64,000 nucleotides of DNA from the NCBI GenBank assembly GCA_030390025.1, contig CM059432.1, forward strand, positions 18,044,001-18,108,000, written 5' to 3'. Position 1 is the first letter of the stretch. Each line of letters begins with the position of its first letter. The DNA is from Squalus acanthias (Eukaryota). Shown here in pieces: positions 59,356-64,000 of this stretch. A program made the position numbers and the translations under genes. The notes beneath the pieces are model-generated. The model saw only the letters and a program-made list of their open reading frames with translations, did no database searches and had not been told where the DNA came from.

Positions 59356-61429
59356 GAAATAGTTCTTTAAATGCTAGCCACTGCTTATCTACTGCCATAC
59401 CTTTTAATCTATTTTTCCAATCTACCTTAGCCAACTCGCCACTCATACCTATGTAATTGCCTTTATTTAAGTTTAAGACTCTAGTTTCGGACTTAGGCAA
59501 GTCACTCCCAAAATTAAGATGAAATTCTATCATATGATCACTCTGCCCCGAGGATCCTTTACTATGAGATTGCTAATTAACCCTGTCTCATTACACAGTA
59601 CAAGATCTAAAATAGCCTGTTCCCTGGTTGGTTCCATGACATATTGTTCTAGGAAACTGTCCCGAATGCATTCCATGAACTCGTCCTCCAGACTACCTTT
59701 GCCAATTTGATTTGTCCAGTCTATATGAAGATTAAAGTCCTCCAAGATTATTGCATTACTTTTGTTGCATGCTCCTACTATTTCTTGATTAATATTCTGT
59801 CCAACAGTACAGCTACTGTTAGGGGGGCCTATATACTACTCCTACCAGGGTTTTCTGCCCCTTGTTATTCCTTATCTTAACCCATACTGATTCTACTTCC
59901 TGGTCTTCCGAGCAAAGATCCTTTCTCGCTACTGTCCTTATGTCATCCTTTATTATCAGGGCTACTCCCCCTCCTTTTCCATACGTCAAGTACCCTGGAA
60001 CATTTAGTTCCCAACCTTGGCCATCTTGCAACCGTGTCTCTGTAATGGCTATTAGATCAAACCCATTTATCTCTATTCAACAGATCTTCAAATCAGTCAC
60101 TTCCACAACTCTGCCACGATCAACAATTTCTAAACATCACGAGACAGAACGCTTCTCCTTAAAAACAAAATATGAAATCTACACATTTCCTTTTTAACAT
60201 TTGAAGACTTCTAATTTTGAACATTTAAAAGGAACTGGCTAGAGCGATTTCCGCAGATAAATCTTTAGCATGTTTCTTTTACTGTATGTGTAAAAGCCTT
60301 TGTCTCTGAATCCAAGCAACTGAACTAGAATTCAAATCTCTAAATATATAGGTCAGAACATCTGACTCTCACTCACCTGTGACCTACAACTCATTCACAT
60401 CACACCAGCAAGGCAAATTAAGCACAAAACAATAAGGTAGAAAACCAGCTTATTGCAAGAGTATAACTCTTCCCCTCCCCAGCTCTAAAAATGTATATGA
60501 AGATAAGAGGGAAAAGAAAGCCAGAATGATGCATGAATTCAAAATGTAAATATTTCCTCCACACAAAGCCACATATATATTACATATTATAAAAGTAATA
60601 TATCACAAAGGCATTGACAGACTTCCCAACCTTTATGAAGGTGAAGACTTTGCTGAAGACAGGAGGGGTAGCCAAATTTCTGAGCACTCAGGGATGTTTC
60701 AGGCCCTCAAAAGCTTTGCGTGGTCAAACAAACCCTTCGAATAGACTGTTACAAAATTTAAAGGTTGTAACAAAATATTCTAATAATGCAGGTGATCGTT
60801 CACAAACAAGCGTGCAGTGCACGAACGAGGGAAGGGTTGGAAAACCTGCATTGCAATAAATCTTCTGATCCAAATTCATTATTTTGAAAAGATGCAGCCA
60901 TCCAGCTACAGTGTAACCTTGCGAGAGCAGAGAGCTTCGCAGCTTTGCACAAGGTTCTCGTTTCCCTTCAGACACCAACTGCAACATTTAGAAGAGGGGG
61001 AAAGATACAGATTTTAAAAAGTTACATACAATAAAAATTAAAGACAGGGGTTATAACCAGCACACTTCCGCAGTGTGCGGGGCATACTTTGCAGAGAGAG
61101 AGAGAGAATTTTTAAGTCTCCTCCCACTGCTTCCAAGGGTTTAAAAAAGCAGGAGAGACAAAGGAATGGAGCAGCCACAGACTCAAGAGGGGGGAAATCG
61201 AGAAGTGACGCACTGGCCTCCTTGACTCTCGTTCAAGAGGCCGTTATCCCCCAAAATTCCTTACATTTAAAAAAAAAATAACCAGAGAAGGGTAAATTTG
61301 AAATAAATTGCAACAAACCAAGGCGCTCCAGTGACCTAAAGGTAGGCTGGGCTCTGTGTGTTTTTTTTGTTGCAGTGAATGCTATAACTTCCCCCAGCAG
61401 AGCAATAGAATGGAGGTTTTATTACTCAC

Positions 61430-61620
61430 TGCGCGACGCCTGTTCATTTAAAACCCGAGCAGTAGTAGTATTATTATTATTATTATTTAGTAAATGCTAC
61501 TAATGGTGGTGTTGCTGCTGAGAAGCTGGGGTGAGGGGGTAGCTGCTGGCACTCAGTCTCTGGCTCCTCTCACAGCCCCGGCCGCAGTCACCATGTGTTC
61601 CAGCAGCCGTCGCTAAGGGA
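61430..61620 (-). other. Candidate first (untranslated) exon of the host gene; TSS approximate
   Basis: Donor CGTCGCGCA|gtgagt at 61430; CpG-containing start; short uORF MVTAAGAVRGARD* from the ATG at 61594; (TAA)n/(TAC)n tract. Confidence 0.65.
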
Positions 61621-61850
61621 CGTCAGCGTCGGGTCATAGGTCAAGCACAATAAACTGCTTTGCCCCTCCAAACTGCAAAAAGGCCAGGCCATGCCATCCC
61701 ATCCCGCCTCGCCTCTGTTTAGGCTCTTCGAATTTTTTTTAAAAAAAAGAGTGCAGCAACTTTTTTGACCACCTTTTTTCCTCCCCATTCCTTCTTTTTA
61801 TTTGCATTGAGAAATGAGGTCTTTGTTGCAATGATCACGTCATTTCCGTC
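61618..61850 (-). promoter_or_regulatory. Proximal promoter motif cluster
   Basis: CRE-like GGACGTCA (61618); DR1 GGGTCA-T-AGGTCA (61631-61643); octamer ATTTGCAT (61800); C/EBP-like TTGTTGCAAT (61823); TCACGTCA (61835); ETS-like TTTCCG (61843). Confidence 0.6.
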
Positions 61851-62677
61851 CTCTATATTTTGAGTCCTCCACCCACCTAATTTTTATGTTTGAATGAAGG
61901 GTTTGAGCCTTCTTATTTTTTTTAAAACTGTCTCAAAGTCAGTGCAAGTTGTATTTCCATTAATACTGGAAACTGTGGCTCAAATGGATTTAAAATAAAA
62001 TATTTAGCAAGTTTTGGTCATTATTGGTCTGCCCAACAAATGCAAATTTTGTTTGTTAAAATCGCTCATTCGTCGCCTTATGCTTTGACACATGGCCTCA
62101 GGTTATTGAGCTGATGCATGTTAGATTGCTTTGCTTTTTTACCCAACACAAACAAACTGGAACCAGCCAGTCAGGGAAATAGAATGCTAAAATTACTCTT
62201 TGATTGCCTTGTACCATCAAACCCGTCTTGAGTCTTAATTGAACATGTTCGTGCCCAACATTAAAAATACAGTATAACATGGGAAAATGTGCATAGCTCA
62301 GTGGGTCACTGTGCTCACTTTGTAGTGTAGCACTGAGTCACACAGACCAGGTAAATTCCAGTTTCACACTTCCCTATCACCCAATCCTTGCTGAGTTAAT
62401 CGATCTGTTGGAGGAGCTGTGGTTTGATAAATAACTTGTATTTATGTAGTGCCTGTTACATCCTTAGGACATCCCAACGCGCTTCACAACCATAAAGGAG
62501 GTATTTTTGTCTTGGTTTGGTAACTTGTTTTAAAATCCAGACAGCGATCATAAGCCGTTTTTAAAAAAAAACTTGAATTCAAATCTGGTACCAAGCTTAT
62601 TTCAATGTTTCAAGTTTTGTTGATTACTGGTTTGGGAGAAGCTAATCTTGATTAATTTTAATCCTGCCAAAGTCTAG

Positions 62678-63040
62678 GTGTCAGTTTGGCTAAATTAACA
62701 ACATTCTTTTGTTTGAATTAGAAGGTTATGGGTTCAAGATCCCTTCCAGAACTTGAGCACATAATCCAAGATGACATTTCAGTGCCGTACTGAGGAATGC
62801 TGTTTTTCAGATGAGATATTAAATCAAAGGCCCCATCTGTTTCACATGGATATGAAACACCTCATGGCACTATTTGGAGAAGAACAGTGACTCTCCAAGT
62901 GTCCTGTCAAATATCATCCTCAACTAACAGCAAAAAATTAATTAATTGATTATTTTCTCATTTGCTGTTTGTGGGACTTTGCTATGTGCAAATTAGCTGC
63001 CTTCTGTGTCAACATAATTGGTGACTGCACTTCAAAAGAG
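62678..63040 (+). mobile_element. Degraded Deu-domain SINE
   Basis: gggttcaagatccc B box; gatgagatattaaatcaaaggcccc core; gctgtttgtggga. Confidence 0.75.
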
Positions 63041-63231
63041 CAACTTCCTGATAGCAGTCTTAAATTTACCTTTTACTAGTTTGACCCATGCCTCCTTGTC
63101 CTACTATCACAATTTAAAGTAATATTCTGGGTTTACCTTTTTCCATACTCTTAACTATCTTGCATAAGATCACCACTTCTGTTCCAAACTGAAAACCAGA
63201 AGTTTCTCATTACTTTGACCTTTGACATTAA

Positions 63232-64000
63232 GGGCTGGATTTTCTGAATGGGAAGCTTTTGGAGGCGGGACTGCTGCTTGCCGGGTCTCAGTCCCGCCTC
63301 CATCAGCTTCTGGCCAACCAGAGGGAATTTCCCCTGATTGACCTTGTTAAGCCCGCCCAGCGGGCTCAGCAGACCAATTAGGAGGAAGTCAGTGACAGAG
63401 CACGTCAACGTATGACGTGTCATCTGTCAAGAACTTTTGAAAGAAGAAATGTCATCGTTTGACAGCTCTGTGAAGCTGTCAAACACTGACATTCTGTGTA
63501 GTTTGATGAGTGCTTGTGTTCAGGACTCATCAAACCTTTCTACTTTGCAGAAATCAGCTGGCTGTTGGATCGGAAGATGCAACAGCCAGTCTGTGATCTC
63601 TATAATGGAGATGTCAGGGACTCCGGCTCCACAGCGGCTGAAGGCTGTAGGTAGAAACAAAGGTAAGTTAACATTTTCTAACACTTTACACTCACCTCAC
63701 CCTGGAGATGGAGCACGCGGTGTCCGCCGGCACGCTTGAGTTTTTCCGCGACCGGTGGGCGCCGCGGGCACTGGAGTGCAGCGTCACCCTGGGCAACCAA
63801 ATTTTAATTTGATTTATTAAGTTTCATTTAAAGTTTTAATTGATTTACAGTGATTTGGTTCTGTCCAACCAAAAAGAGTTACACTCACCTCACATACTTA
63901 CCACTCCACACTTGCACCCATCACTCACCTCTACATCGCACTTTCAGACCCCTCCGACTCCCGCAGACCTCCTACTCACCTCCTACACCCCGGCGGGGTT
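63232..64000. mobile_element. Harbinger-type MITE (runs off the window), inverted homologue of 55805-56618
   Basis: TAA|GGGCTGGATTTTCT start; extensive reverse-complement identity to the other copy. Confidence 0.92.
63701..63878 (+). mobile_element. 178-bp 3' end of a Tx1/L1-type LINE inserted in the MITE
   Basis: Encodes LEMEHAVSAGTLEFFRDRWAPRALECSVTLGNQILI*; short A-rich end; 15-bp TSD ttacactcacctcac (63686-63700 and 63879-63893); absent from the other MITE copy. Confidence 0.8.

Larger units (their letters stand above)
55130..60075 (-). mobile_element. CR1 LINE 'a' (55130-55804, 56619-57808, 59356-60075), interrupted by a Harbinger MITE and a second CR1
   Basis: Colinear ORF2 pieces; the flanks rejoin as agaattat|gaaatagttctttaaatg with the same spacing as the CR1 at 14583-18022. 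Confidence 0.9.
1068..61620 (-). other. 5' part of a minus-strand host gene (promoter, exon 1, ~55.6 kb intron, four untranslated exons); tentatively MBD5/MBD6-like; main CDS presumably left of the window
   Basis: Concordant minus-strand GT/AG exons in non-repeat sequence and a motif-rich promoter at 61.6-61.85 kb. Exon number, sizes (92/149/116 nt) and low-complexity exon 1 resemble the human MBD5 non-coding leader as I recall it (unverified). No coding exon is visible. Confidence 0.5.

Noticed and set aside
55985..63739. Duplicated 156-aa and 100-aa ORFs (...SSFDCSVKLSNTDILCSLMS...) as a paralogous gene pair
   Set aside because: Both lie inside two copies of the same MITE; no domain is recognisable and their starts and ends differ.

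Overview
Repeat-dense vertebrate DNA, most consistent with a cartilaginous fish: it carries CR1, L2, RTE, Penelope and Tx1 retroelements, Deu-domain tRNA SINEs, Harbinger, Tigger and hAT MITEs, and Helitrons. There is no prokaryotic operon and no CRISPR array. No intact conventional protein-coding gene lies in the window; every long ORF is a broken transposon ORF, a simple repeat or an N-gap artefact. The window appears to hold the 5' end of a minus-strand gene. A promoter and first exon sit at about 61.4-61.9 kb, followed by a ~55.6 kb TE-filled first intron and four untranslated exons (5779-5688, 2354-2206, 2051-1936, 1386 to about 1068). Spliced together, these exons carry a relay of junction-spanning uORFs, the longest 75 aa. 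The layout resembles the MBD5/MBD6-type long 5' leader; that identification is from memory and unverified. Other highlights: a LINE with a tRNA-derived head that inserted as one unit; an RTE with a ~166-bp target-site duplication; three short Helitrons; a Penelope hammerhead ribozyme with a core mutation in the host's sense orientation; a locally templated 133-bp inverted duplication inside a SINE; a tiny Tx1 insertion with a 15-bp TSD; and several nested insertions. Boundaries of old repeats are approximate and were read by eye.
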